From contig CAVPNL010000006.1 in NCBI GenBank assembly GCA_963706575.1, positions 192,001 to 256,000 of the forward strand: a stretch of DNA of 64,000 nucleotides. The letters are read 5' to 3'. The stretch comes from an uncultured delta proteobacterium (lineage in GTDB: Bacteria > Desulfobacterota > Desulfobacteria > Desulfobacterales > JAHEIW01). How positions within the stretch are numbered: the first letter of the stretch is position 1; every line of letters begins with the position of its first letter. Positions 19,361-29,792 of the stretch are shown in pieces. The notes under the pieces were generated by a model. The model was given only the letters and a program-made list of their open reading frames with translations, had not been told where the DNA came from and ran no database searches. The position numbers and the translations under genes were made by a program.

Positions 19361-20062
19361 ATGGTCGACATTGCCGATGATTTGATAATCGAAGCGCCGG
19401 TGTCCATCCGCCAAAAGGTTTATGATTTCCTCAGAAACCAAATTCTCTCCAACCATATTGCGGCCGGTGATCGTCTGGTCGAAGGCCGTTTGGCAAGGCA
19501 AATTAATGTGTCCCGAACCCCCGTTCGGGAAGCCCTGCATATTTTAGAGATGGAAGGCCTGGTCGAGTCGATTCCCCGGGTCGGTTACCGGGTGAAGGAG
19601 ATGCAATGGGGGGATGTTGAAGAGCTCTGTGAAATCCGGGCGGTCAATGAAATTTTAGCAGCCCGCTGGGCGATGAAGCGAATTGGCCATGAAGAACTGG
19701 CGGCGATGAAGGATAATATTGATTCTGCTGAAGCTGAAATCAAGGCCGGACAGCCGAAATTGTTTGTCGAACGCGATGCCGAATTCCATGAAATGCTGGT
19801 TGCGGCCAGCGGCAGCCAACGGCTGCTGGAATTATGTCAAATGCTGCGGCGCCATATGCTGCGCTACCGGATCGAAAGCATCTATATTGCTGAATCCGGA
19901 CTGAGGGCGGTCAGCGGCCACCGCAGGATTTTAGAGTGCCTTGAAAAAAAAGATGACATTGGAATCGAAGCGGCGATTCGGACGCATCTGGAGCAGTCCA
20001 AGCGTGATATTCACCGCTTTGCATTTGAGATGAAAACAGACACGAATAGTCAGAGGGATTGA
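19361..20062 (+). CDS. GntR-family regulator (FCD domain)
   Basis: VSRTPVREAL HTH; DAEFH...H..I..CL...D...H FCD pattern. Confidence 0.93.
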   Translation: MVDIADDLIIEAPVSIRQKVYDFLRNQILSNHIAAGDRLVEGRLARQINVSRTPVREALHILEMEGLVESIPRVGYRVKEMQWGDVEELCEIRAVNEILAARWAMKRIGHEELAAMKDNIDSAEAEIKAGQPKLFVERDAEFHEMLVAASGSQRLLELCQMLRRHMLRYRIESIYIAESGLRAVSGHRRILECLEKKDDIGIEAAIRTHLEQSKRDIHRFAFEMKTDTNSQRD

Positions 20063-20222
20063 AGAAAGAAAATCTAGTTCCACGGTTTAACCTTGATTGT
20101 CAAATGGTCTATGGCGTTGAAAATTATAATTGCAAAAGGAGGTGAGAAACGTTAAACCCGCAATAGTTGGCTACTATGAATATTTAGATGATCGCTGATA
20201 TTTATCGATGAAAGGAGGAATT

Positions 20223-21233
20223 ATGTCAAAAAAACGCATGTTTTACGTGATTATTGCTTTTGCCGCCGTTTTGGCGCTAAACGTGTCATTATTCCCGACC
20301 CCCGATGTTGCGGCGGAAAAGATCACCATTAAAGCCATTAGCGCCTGGGGCAAAAATCATAGTGGCGTTAAAAAAGATTATCTGCCCTACATCAAGCATG
20401 CCAATGAAATGCTTCAGGCAAAATATCCCGGTGAGGTTGAAATCAAATATATCGGGGGGGCTGAAGTCATTCCAATCCCGGATCAGGCCGAAGCCCTCAG
20501 AAAGGGTCAGGTTGATATGTACTATGGTACGGCAGCCTATTATGTCGGAGTTGTACCGGCCGCAAATACCACCAAGCTGTCTCAACTGACCTCCCAGGAA
20601 GAAAAAGATGTCGGCGCCGATGCCATTTATGATGAAATTCATCGCAAGTTATTAAATGCTACCTATCTGGGCGCCCTCGGCAGTCAGAACCCTTTTCAGC
20701 TTTACACCATTAAGAAGATTACATCACCGGATCAAATAAAAGGTCTGCGCATTCGCACATCGGCCATGTATGTCGATTTTTTAAAAGCGCTGGAGGCCAA
20801 TCCGGTTGCGACCAAACCGGGTGACGTCTATCAGGCACTGGAACGGGGCGTTGTGGATGGGGTCATGTGGCCACTGGACAGTATCAGACCCTGGGGCTGG
20901 CATGAGGTTGCCAAATACGTTACGGGCCCTCCCTTTTATAAGGTGTCTCACCCGCTTCTGATGAATGCCGACAAATGGGATGCACTGCCCAAGAAAATCC
21001 AGGCAGTGCTCATGGAAGCCCTGCGGCTCGAGGTTATTGCCATTGATGCCAGAACCGCCGAGGATATCAACAATGAATACAAAGAGATGAAAAAAGCCGG
21101 CATGCAAATTATTAAATTCTCACCCGCCGACGAGAAAAAATATCTGGATATGGCCTATACGGAAGGGTGGAAGGGTCAGCTCAAGATGGAGTCTGAATAT
21201 ACCCAAAAATTACGTAAACTGTTAACCAAATAA
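20223..21233 (+). CDS. dctP: TRAP transporter substrate-binding protein
   Basis: Signal peptide, KGLRIRT, DVYQALERGVVDG, WHEVAKY. Confidence 0.9.
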   Translation: MSKKRMFYVIIAFAAVLALNVSLFPTPDVAAEKITIKAISAWGKNHSGVKKDYLPYIKHANEMLQAKYPGEVEIKYIGGAEVIPIPDQAEALRKGQVDMYYGTAAYYVGVVPAANTTKLSQLTSQEEKDVGADAIYDEIHRKLLNATYLGALGSQNPFQLYTIKKITSPDQIKGLRIRTSAMYVDFLKALEANPVATKPGDVYQALERGVVDGVMWPLDSIRPWGWHEVAKYVTGPPFYKVSHPLLMNADKWDALPKKIQAVLMEALRLEVIAIDARTAEDINNEYKEMKKAGMQIIKFSPADEKKYLDMAYTEGWKGQLKMESEYTQKLRKLLTK

Positions 21234-21243
21234 GGCGCCAGTC

Positions 21244-21280
21244 GGTGAAATTCCCCGCAAACGCTTCGGGGAATTTCACC
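21244..21280 (+). terminator. Stem-loop between dctP and dctQ (terminator or mRNA stabiliser)
   Basis: 14-bp perfect stem GGTGAAATTCCCCG / CGGGGAATTTCACC. Confidence 0.55.
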
Positions 21281-21367
21281 CGGCAACACTGCCCGCCTGT
21301 CTCGTTTCAGCTTAGCGTCACGCATGGGAATATTTGGCGGGGATTTGAGAACTACTGGGAGAAAGGT

Positions 21368-21883
21368 ATGGCAGCAAGGGATCGTAAACCGCCCAGAAAT
21401 GGTTTTGATCTTATCATCGAGTTTCTGGCTTATTTGGCAGGTATTATCCTTTTGGTGATAACCTTTGCTGTGACCGGTTCGGCTTTGGTGCGGTATCTGG
21501 GTTTCCGGGCGCCCATCTGGACGCTCCAGTATACCGAGTATGGCCTGTTGTGGTTCACCTTCCTGGGTGCCGCCTGGCTTTTGAGAGAAGAGGGCCACAT
21601 CCGGATCGATACTGTTATTTCACGGTTTTATGCCAAGACCCGCCGCAAAGTGGAAATCATCGATGATATTTTAGGATTTATTGTTTCCATCACCATTTTT
21701 TGGTTCGGCACCCTTCACAGCATTGATCTTTATCAACGCGGAATCATGGAAGTAAAAGGCGTAATCGTTCCAAAATTCCCTGTTTTTCTCATTATCCCTT
21801 TAGGGGGTTTGGCCCTTTCCATTCAGTTCGGTCGCAATTTCTTAAAAAAAATCAGATTCAAAACCGACCATGGAGAAAATTGA
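21368..21883 (+). CDS. dctQ: TRAP transporter small permease
   Basis: Four TM segments, FLGAAWLLREEGHIRID. Confidence 0.9.
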   Translation: MAARDRKPPRNGFDLIIEFLAYLAGIILLVITFAVTGSALVRYLGFRAPIWTLQYTEYGLLWFTFLGAAWLLREEGHIRIDTVISRFYAKTRRKVEIIDDILGFIVSITIFWFGTLHSIDLYQRGIMEVKGVIVPKFPVFLIIPLGGLALSIQFGRNFLKKIRFKTDHGEN

Positions 21884-21925
21884 TTGAAAGTTCCTGTTTG
21901 CGTTAATTAAACAGGAGGCACAGAT

Positions 21926-23236
21926 ATGGAGTGGTGGGCGATATTGTCGTTTTTAATCGGGGGCTTGTTATTTTTTCTGGCCATGGGGCTCCCGATTGCT
22001 TTCGCATTCCTCCTGATTAATTTCATCGGGGCTTACGTCTTTATGGGCGGGATGGATGGCGTGAGCCTTTCCGTACAGCAGATATTTTCATCCCTGGTCA
22101 GCTTCTCATTGGCCCCCATCCCTCTTTTTGTTTTCATGGGCGAGTTGATGCTGCATTCCGGCATGGCCAAGCGCACCCTGGATGTGTTTGACAAGTTGAT
22201 CGGAAGACTTCCCGGCCGGCTGAGCCTGATTGTCATCACCGGAGGCGCCCTGTTTTCGACCTTAAGCGGGTCCACCATTGCAAATACAGCCATGCTGGGG
22301 CAGATCATGGTACCCGAAATGCGGCAGCGCGGGTATAAGAATCCGATGATCCTGGGCCCGATCGTCGGGGTCGGCGGGCTGGCGATGCTCATTCCGCCCA
22401 GCGCCCTGGCAGTTGTTTACGCGAGCCTTGCGCAGATATCGGTGGGAAAGGTCCTGATCGCAGGAGCCGTACCCGGTTTTATGCTGGCAGTGTTATATGC
22501 CCTTTATGTATTTGGAAGATCGCACTTAAATCCCTCCATCGCCCCGGCTTATGAAGTAGCGCATCACAAGCTTTCGGAAAAGGTTTCAGAATTTGCGCGA
22601 TACGTCCTGCCGCTGGGGTTTATTTTTTTTCTGGTCCTCGGTTTTATATTTCTCGGTATTGCGACACCCACCGAAGCCGCATCCACAGGTGCGATCGGTA
22701 CGATTATTCTGGCATGCTGTTACAAAAAGTTTAGTTTAGCTGTTTTGAAAAATTCCCTTAAAGGCACCCTGCATGTCTCGGTGATGGCCTTTATGATTAT
22801 TGCGGCGTCCAAGACGTATAGCGCTATTCTCGCTTTTACCGGGAGCACGCTGGGACTAATCAGCCTTATCAACGATATTCAAATGTCGAGAATTGCGATC
22901 CTGATCGGGATGATGCTGATACTGATGATACTGGGCACCTTTATGGAACAGGTATCCATGATGATGATCACAATTCCGATTTACATGCCGATCATTGAAG
23001 GCCTGGGGTATGACCCCATCTGGTTTGCGATCCTGATGCTCCTCAATCTGGAGATGGCCATGTCGACCCCGCCATTCGGGATCCTTCTTTTTGTGATGAA
23101 AGGGTCAGCGCCACCGAATACGAAACTAGGAGAGATATGCCTGGCGGCCGCGCCCTTTCTCGTTTGCGACCTGATCGTCATGATTATCCTGATTGCCTTT
23201 CCAGCCATTGTTTTGTTTTTGCCCGGTCTGATGTAG
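21926..23236 (+). CDS. dctM: TRAP transporter large permease
   Basis: PIPLFVFMGELM, LIPPS, ATPTEA, TPPFG. Confidence 0.93.
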   Translation: MEWWAILSFLIGGLLFFLAMGLPIAFAFLLINFIGAYVFMGGMDGVSLSVQQIFSSLVSFSLAPIPLFVFMGELMLHSGMAKRTLDVFDKLIGRLPGRLSLIVITGGALFSTLSGSTIANTAMLGQIMVPEMRQRGYKNPMILGPIVGVGGLAMLIPPSALAVVYASLAQISVGKVLIAGAVPGFMLAVLYALYVFGRSHLNPSIAPAYEVAHHKLSEKVSEFARYVLPLGFIFFLVLGFIFLGIATPTEAASTGAIGTIILACCYKKFSLAVLKNSLKGTLHVSVMAFMIIAASKTYSAILAFTGSTLGLISLINDIQMSRIAILIGMMLILMILGTFMEQVSMMMITIPIYMPIIEGLGYDPIWFAILMLLNLEMAMSTPPFGILLFVMKGSAPPNTKLGEICLAAAPFLVCDLIVMIILIAFPAIVLFLPGLM

Positions 23237-23247
23237 TAGAACCCATC

Positions 23248-23553
23248 TCAAAAATGTCTTTCGATTCGCTCCAGTTCAGCGTTAATTTTAATGGCCGCTA
23301 TGATAAACCGCAGGTCAATGGCCATGGGCTGATGCAGCGCCAGCACCTTGAGGCACTCTTCTTCGAGCTCGACTTCGGTTTCATCGATTTCGAAGTCTGT
23401 TTGAATAATTTGTTGGGCCAGGTCAGAATCATTGGTATCGATGGCCTTGATGGCCATCTGAACGCGCTCTTCCACCATTGCCCCCAGGGCCAGAATGCGC
23501 TTTTTTATATTTTCCAGCTCCTTTGTGAATTGCTTTCTGATTCGCTTTTCCAT
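23248..23553 (-). pseudogene. phoU: phoU, 3'-truncated (first PhoU repeat only)
   Basis: LALHQPMAIDLRFI...ELERI, then an abrupt switch to a TIR-like sequence. 101 aa, about half the usual length. Confidence 0.85.
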
Positions 23554-23587
23554 TATTATTATCCTTAAGATGCTTCCGGTTGCTATG

Positions 23588-23727
23588 AAGTGGTTTAAAA
23601 CCCCATCTAAGGCCCAATGGCTGCGTTGCAGGCCTCCGGTAAATGCTCACATACCAATGTATGCTGAGAACAACGATTCCCGATCGGCCTGACGTCTTGC
23701 CCTTGATCTGAGGTTTTGAAACCACTT
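23588..23727. mobile_element. MITE-like element, family A copy 2 (inverted)
   Basis: Closely matches the reverse complement of 7568..7715. TIRs AAGTGGTTTAAAA / TTTGAAACCACTT. Confidence 0.85.
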
Positions 23728-23860
23728 AGTGACGAAAAGGTAAACTGTTTTTGTTTGCCAGGCAAGAACAAATTCAAGGGCGCCTGTTTTAATGTGCGTC
23801 CTTTATTCCTGTCTCAAAACAACGACCCTACTCTATTTGTCCCTATTTAAATCCGCAAAA

Positions 23861-23917
23861 TGTTAGATTTTTATTAGCCTAACAAAAAACTAACAAAATC
23901 TTCGCTGAACGCTAACA
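23861..23917. promoter_or_regulatory. Divergent Pho-box-like 11-bp-period repeats
   Basis: CTAACA at 23879, 23890 and 23912 (+). CTAACA/CTAATA at 23861 and 23872 (-). Confidence 0.6.
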
Positions 23918-23975
23918 AACAATTCCTATCCTTTCGTTCCAATAGAGTTTTGCCTGATCGGGGTTCAGCTAAAAA

Positions 23976-25363
23976 ATGTCACCAACAACATTACTATTCA
24001 TTCTTTTGGTCTTATCGACCTGCGGTTATTATGTCGGCCGACGGCGCGCATTTGCCGTTGGCGGTGGTTCGGCCGGGATTAAAAACCTGCACTCACGTCC
24101 GATCTATTATGGATCGCTTCCCGCCTTTTGGGCGGGATTGGTACCTTGCTTCTTTTCGGATTCTGGCTGGCCTTTGAGTCCACCATGATTACCCACATGG
24201 TGATCGCCGATCTGCCGGAAACCCTGCGAAATCTTCCGGCGGCCGAGCTCAATCTGAATGTGAATAAAATTCGAAACCTGGTCAGCGGAAATATTATTGC
24301 CGGTACCGTCGAACCTCATATACAGGCTGCCGCAGATCATTACCGCAGCCTGAAAACGACCAGCAATGCCGCCCTGGCAGTTGTTGCCATATCGATGGCC
24401 ATACTGGGGCTGGTTATCGTCAGGGCCAAAATAACCCCGACGCTGCGGGCGCGCAATCGGGTCGAACAGGTTATCAAAATTATCCTGATTGCCTGTTCCA
24501 CGATCGCCATCTTTACCACCATCGGTATTGTACTGTCGGTGCTGTTTGAATCTATTCGTTTTTTTCAAAAGGTACCGGTTTCCGAATTTCTCTTTGGGCT
24601 TAAATGGAGTCCCCAGACGGCCATCCGCTCAGACCAGGTCGGCTCATCGGGCGCATTTGGCGCTGTTCCGGTATTTACGGGCACTTTATTAATATCCGTC
24701 ATTGCCATGTGTGTTGCCGTACCGATCGGGCTGATGTCTGCGATTTACCTGTCTGAATATGCAAGCAAGAAATTTCGCACAGTGGCCAAACCATTGATTG
24801 AAATCCTGGCCGGCATTCCTACCGTGGTTTATGGATTTTTTGCGGCCCTGACGATCGCCCCCTTTATTCGCGATACCGGAGGACTGCTGGGCCTGGGCGT
24901 GTCTTCAGAAAGCGCCCTGGCAGCCGGCCTTGTGATGGGGATCATGATTATTCCCTTTGTTTCATCCCTATCCGATGATTTTATCAATGCCGTGCCCCAG
25001 GCTTTGCGGGACGGTGCTTACAGCCTGGGCGCTACCCGGTCGGAAACCATCAAGCAGGTTATACTACCGGCGGCGCTGCCCGGAATCGTCGGCGGTATTC
25101 TTCTGGCCGTTTCCCGGGCCATCGGCGAAACCATGATCGTGGTGATGGCTGCCGGTTTGGCGGCCAATTTGACCTTAAATCCATTGAAAACCGTAACGAC
25201 GGTAACGGTCCAGATTGTGACCCTGCTGGTTGGCGACCAGGAGTTTGACAGCGCCAAAACCCTGGCGGCTTTTGCCCTGGGGTTACTGTTGTTTGTGGTA
25301 ACGTTGTTATTGAATATCATCGCCTTGCATGTGGTGCGCAAATATCGAGAGCAATATGAATAA
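23976..25363 (+). CDS. pstC: Phosphate ABC permease PstC (frameshift near 24140)
   Basis: LHSRPIYYG N-terminus, EILAGIPTVVYGFF, SRAIGETM. Confidence 0.93.
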
Positions 25364-26657
25364 TTCCCAAACGCAATTGCCCGGTAGCGGAAAACAAAAA
25401 GAGCGGACCCTTGACATCGTCAACCGGGGACTAAAAAAGCGTTACCGCGCCGAGCGCCGGTTCCGGTTCTATGGTCTACTGGCCATTGTTGCCAGTATGG
25501 TCTTTTTATCCCTTTTATTTATCAGCATCATCGGTAAGGGCTACACGGCCTTTCTGCAGACTTTCATTGAACTGAATGTGTTCTTCGATCCTGAAATCCT
25601 GGACGAGCAAGCTCTGGCAACCGCCGATTATCAGGGTCTGGTAAAAAAATCTTTACGGGACATGTTCCCCGATGCCAAGGGTCGACAGGACAGGCGGATG
25701 CTGTACGGCATTGTCAGCACAGGCGCATCCTTTCAATTAAGGGACATGGTGTTAACCCGTCTGGATATTATCGGCCAGACCTTAAAGATCTGGGTGCCGG
25801 CCGACGATGATGTGGATATGCTGGTCAAGGGGCATTTTGACCGACAGGCCGGCGAAGGCGAACGCCGCTTAAAGGACAAACAGCTGGCCTGGGTCGATCA
25901 GCTGTCGGCCGAAGGCAAAATTAAAAAGAAATTTAATACTACCTTTTTCACCAGCGGGGATTCGCGCGAACCGGAACTGGCCGGCATCTGGGGGGCGGTG
26001 GCCGGTTCATTTTTTACCCTGGTAATCACCCTGCTCCTATCTTTTCCGATCGGTGTGGCTGCCGCAGTATATCTGGAGGAATTTGCCCCTAAAAACCGGT
26101 GGACTGATTTAATTGAAGTCAACATTAATAACCTGGCGGCGGTGCCATCGATTGTATTCGGCTTGCTGGGGCTGGCGGTTTTTCTGAATTTTTTCGGGCT
26201 GCCGCGATCGGCCCCTGTTGTCGGTGGGCTTGTTTTGGCCCTGATGACCCTGCCGGTTATCATTATTGCCAGTCGTTCGGCCTTGACGGCCGTGCCGCCC
26301 TCTATTCGCGAGGCCGCATTGGGCGTGGGAGCGTCCCAAATGCAGATGGTTGCCCATCACGTGCTGCCGCTGGCATTGCCCGGAATGTTGACGGGGACCA
26401 TTATCGGCATGGCACGGGCTTTAGGAGAAACGGCACCGTTGCTAATGATCGGAATGGTGGCGTTTATCGTCGATATCCCGGCCGGATTTACCGATCCCTC
26501 CACCGCATTACCGGTTCAAATATATCTCTGGGCAGACAGCCCGGAGCGCGCTTTTGTGGAGCGAACTTCAGCGGCGATTATGGTCCTACTGGCGTTTTTG
26601 ATCACCATGAATGCGGCGGCTGTAATTTTGAGAAGACGCTACGAGAGGCGCTGGTAG
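25356..26657 (+). CDS. pstA: Phosphate ABC permease PstA
   Basis: YLEEFAP, NINNLAAVPSIVFG, ARALGETAPL. Confidence 0.95.
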   Translation: MNNSQTQLPGSGKQKERTLDIVNRGLKKRYRAERRFRFYGLLAIVASMVFLSLLFISIIGKGYTAFLQTFIELNVFFDPEILDEQALATADYQGLVKKSLRDMFPDAKGRQDRRMLYGIVSTGASFQLRDMVLTRLDIIGQTLKIWVPADDDVDMLVKGHFDRQAGEGERRLKDKQLAWVDQLSAEGKIKKKFNTTFFTSGDSREPELAGIWGAVAGSFFTLVITLLLSFPIGVAAAVYLEEFAPKNRWTDLIEVNINNLAAVPSIVFGLLGLAVFLNFFGLPRSAPVVGGLVLALMTLPVIIIASRSALTAVPPSIREAALGVGASQMQMVAHHVLPLALPGMLTGTIIGMARALGETAPLLMIGMVAFIVDIPAGFTDPSTALPVQIYLWADSPERAFVERTSAAIMVLLAFLITMNAAAVILRRRYERRW

Positions 26658-26685
26658 AATTGGTGGATATAATATCGCCTGGTTT

Positions 26686-26768
26686 ACACCACAAAGGCAC
26701 AAAGTTCACAAAGGATTTAAAAATTGTTTTAATTGATTTTCTTCGTGCCCCTCGTGCCTTTGTGGTTA
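26686..26768. repeat. Inverted arrays of 9-bp repeats
   Basis: (CACAAAGNN)x3, an AT-rich spacer, then CTTCGTGCC CCTCGTGCC TTTGTGGT. Confidence 0.7.
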
Positions 26769-26938
26769 TATTGGTTTCTGGCCGCTGGCAATTCTTTAAG
26801 GCCCAGCACCGGATTTAATTGAATTCGAACAACTTCCTAATATTTTTCTAATGCGCAATGCTTATCTATTACACAAATAATTTTGATGTTTGAATAATTT
26901 TGAGAATTCAACTTTTTGGATTTAAGGAGGAAACACAA

Positions 26939-27992
26939 ATGAAAAAATGCATAGGTTTATTGATTATTGCCGCTTTCCTGGCGATTTCACTTGGACCTGG
27001 CTACGCCGGTTCCGGCAGGGATTACATCAGTGTTGTGGGGTCATCCACAGTTTATCCTTTTGCAACGGTCGTGGCCGAGCAGTTCGGCAAATCCACTTCC
27101 TATAAAACCCCCAAGATCGAATCCACCGGTTCCGGCGGTGGGCTCAAGCTTTTCTGTGCCGGTGTCGGGGTAGAACATCCGGACATTACCAATTCTTCCC
27201 GTCGTATTAAACAATCTGAATTTGAGCGCTGCCAGCAAAACGGTGTCAAGGAAATCTGAGGTTAAAATCGGTTATGACGGCATCGTAATGGCCAACTCAA
27301 AAAAAGCGGCACCGATGAAATTATCCCGTAAAGATATCTTTTTAGCTTTGGCCAAGAATGTTCCGGATCCAAAGGGCGGCGAAAATCTGGTCCCCAATCC
27401 CTATAAAACTTGGAAGGATGTCAATCCTTCTCTTGCGGACAAGGCCATAGAGGTTCTGGGACCACCGCCGACTTCAGGAACCCGGGATGCCTTTGTTGAA
27501 CTGGCCATGGAAGGTGGCGCTAAAAAGTTTGCCTGGATTGCGGCCTTGAAAAAGAAAGATAAAAAGGCCTACAAAGAGATTTGCCATACCATACGCGAAG
27601 ATGGCGCCTATGTTGAGGCCGGTGAAAATGACAACCTGATTGTTCAAAAGCTGGCCGCCAATTCAAATGCCCTCGGCATTTTCGGATTCAGCTTTCTGGA
27701 TCAGAACATGGATAAGATCCAGGGGTCTTATGTGGACAACATTGAGCCGACCTTTGGAAATATTGCCGACGGTAAATATCCGGTATCAAGGCCCCTCTTT
27801 TTCTATGTGAAAAAAGCGCATGTGGACGTGATTCCGGGTATCAAGGAGTATCTGGCTGAATTTTCCAGTGACAAAGCCTGGGGGCCGGAAGGGTATTTAA
27901 GTGAAAAAGGCATGATCCCGATGCCGGATTCAGAACGGACGCAATTTCAAAATTCGGTAACTTCGCTGACGACCCTGACATCCTTGAATTAG
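26939..27992 (+). CDS. pstS: Phosphate-binding protein PstS (frameshift near 27257)
   Basis: Signal peptide, GSSTVYPF, ESTGSGGG, GPPPTSGTRD, YPVSRPLFFY. Confidence 0.93.
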
Positions 27993-28187
27993 CTAAAATA
28001 TTGAGAGTAGACCGGAATAAAACCATTCTGGTTTACTCATTTAAAAAGTTGGCTGTCCGGGCTTTGGGGTGACAATAAATGCTTTACACCTTTGACGTTA
28101 GCCATTAATATTCATTTTCTTGATGCAACAACCAGTGACCAAATGATTTCATTAATTGAGATGGATGAAGCCGGTTTCGTGGGAATT

Positions 28188-29042
28188 ATGCCGGAAGAAA
28201 CGATACAAACGAAAATAAAAAAAGAGGTAAGCCGGGTACTCGTCAGCCGTGAAAATCGCGAGACGGTCGGTGAAATCACCATTGCAGATCCGCGCATGAC
28301 CTGCCGGGACGTCAACGTCTGGTATGGCGAAAAGCATGCCATCAAAAATGTCTCTTTGGATATCGGCCGCAATGAGGTTCTTGCCATGATCGGTCCCTCC
28401 GGCTGCGGCAAATCTACCTTCATACGTTGTCTGAACCGCATGAACGACACCATCGAAAGCTGTCGGATTACTGGCCAGATCGCCCTGGACGGTGTCGAAA
28501 TCTACGATAAATATATAGATGTTGTTCCGCTGCGGGCCCAGGTCGGCATGGTTTTCCAAAAACCGAATCCTTTCCCGAAATCCATCTATGAAAATATCGC
28601 TTATGGACCGCGGATTCACGGCCTGGCAGCCAATAAAGCTGAACTGGGTGAGATCGTTGAAACGTCTTTGATTAAGGCCGGCCTTTGGGACGAGGTAAAA
28701 GACTGGCTCGATCAGCCCGGCACGGGCCTGTCCGGCGGGCAGCAGCAGCGCCTATGCATCGCGCGCACGATTGCGGTCAACCCTGAAGTGATTCTGATGG
28801 ATGAACCCTGCTCGGCTTTGGATCCGATTGCTACCGCTGTTATCGAAGATTTGATCGACGAGTTGCGTAAACAATATACGATTGTGATAGTTACCCATTC
28901 CATGCAGCAGGCTTCACGCGTTTCCCAGCGCACTGCCTACTTTCATCTGGGGGATCTCATTGAAGTGGGCCCCACCGCACAGATTTTTACCAACCCGCGC
29001 CACCAGCTGACTGAAGATTATATCACCGGCCGTTTCGGTTAG
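28188..29042 (+). CDS. pstB: Phosphate ABC ATPase PstB
   Basis: [43 protein letters not shown]. Confidence 0.96.
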   Translation: MPEETIQTKIKKEVSRVLVSRENRETVGEITIADPRMTCRDVNVWYGEKHAIKNVSLDIGRNEVLAMIGPSGCGKSTFIRCLNRMNDTIESCRITGQIALDGVEIYDKYIDVVPLRAQVGMVFQKPNPFPKSIYENIAYGPRIHGLAANKAELGEIVETSLIKAGLWDEVKDWLDQPGTGLSGGQQQRLCIARTIAVNPEVILMDEPCSALDPIATAVIEDLIDELRKQYTIVIVTHSMQQASRVSQRTAYFHLGDLIEVGPTAQIFTNPRHQLTEDYITGRFG

Positions 29043-29087
29043 CCGCGGGGTTTAAGATCAGAAGGAATAAAAAGGGAAAATTTCGTT

Positions 29088-29756
29088 TTATTTTGCAACC
29101 ATGGCCCGCATCATGTCGCCGGCATTTTCGGCGTGGTCGGCGATGGACCCGATAATTTCCGTTAAGCGAATCAAATGAAATACGGCCACGGCATCATCGA
29201 TTGTGTTAAAGATTTTTTCTTTGACGGCATCTTCAAGCTTGTCGGCCTCATGTTCATACTTGCGTAAGGTGCGAATCATATCTTTAACCACTTGCCGCTG
29301 AGTGTCTGAAAAATTTGAAAAGTATTTGTGGGCTTCAACCGCCATTTTGATTAACTCTTCGAGCGGGTCAATTACGGCTTCCACCAGAAGCATAAAATCT
29401 TTTTCCAGCACTTGGGGGATGCCGGCATGCGCCCTGAAAGATAACCAGTCAAGGCTCTCTTCCACGGCATCCAGGACTTTGTCCTGCTCTCTTAAATATC
29501 GGAACAGCTGGAACTTATCCACTGCCAGCAGGGTGCCTTTGGGCAGATGTCCCCGGATGCGGCGCTTGATGGCATCGGCTTCGCTCTCGAGCTTATCAAT
29601 ATCTTTTCTGAACTCTTCGAAATCCTCGCATCTGTCTTCTATGATGCATTCTATGGCCCTTTGAAAAACCCAGGCGCCCTCTTTCACCTTTTCGGCGTGT
29701 TCCTCCAGGCCTTCAAACGGTGAGGCAATAAACATCGACATAAATGGTATCCGCAT
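29088..29756 (-). CDS. DUF47 / PhoU-like Pit accessory protein
   Basis: SPFEGLEEHA, ESEADAIKR, EHEAD, IADHAENAGD. Adjacent to pit. Confidence 0.88.
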   Translation of the reverse strand: MRIPFMSMFIASPFEGLEEHAEKVKEGAWVFQRAIECIIEDRCEDFEEFRKDIDKLESEADAIKRRIRGHLPKGTLLAVDKFQLFRYLREQDKVLDAVEESLDWLSFRAHAGIPQVLEKDFMLLVEAVIDPLEELIKMAVEAHKYFSNFSDTQRQVVKDMIRTLRKYEHEADKLEDAVKEKIFNTIDDAVAVFHLIRLTEIIGSIADHAENAGDMMRAMVAK

Positions 29757-29792
29757 AACGAGCTCCTTATGTTCGTTTTTCCCCCCTTAGGG

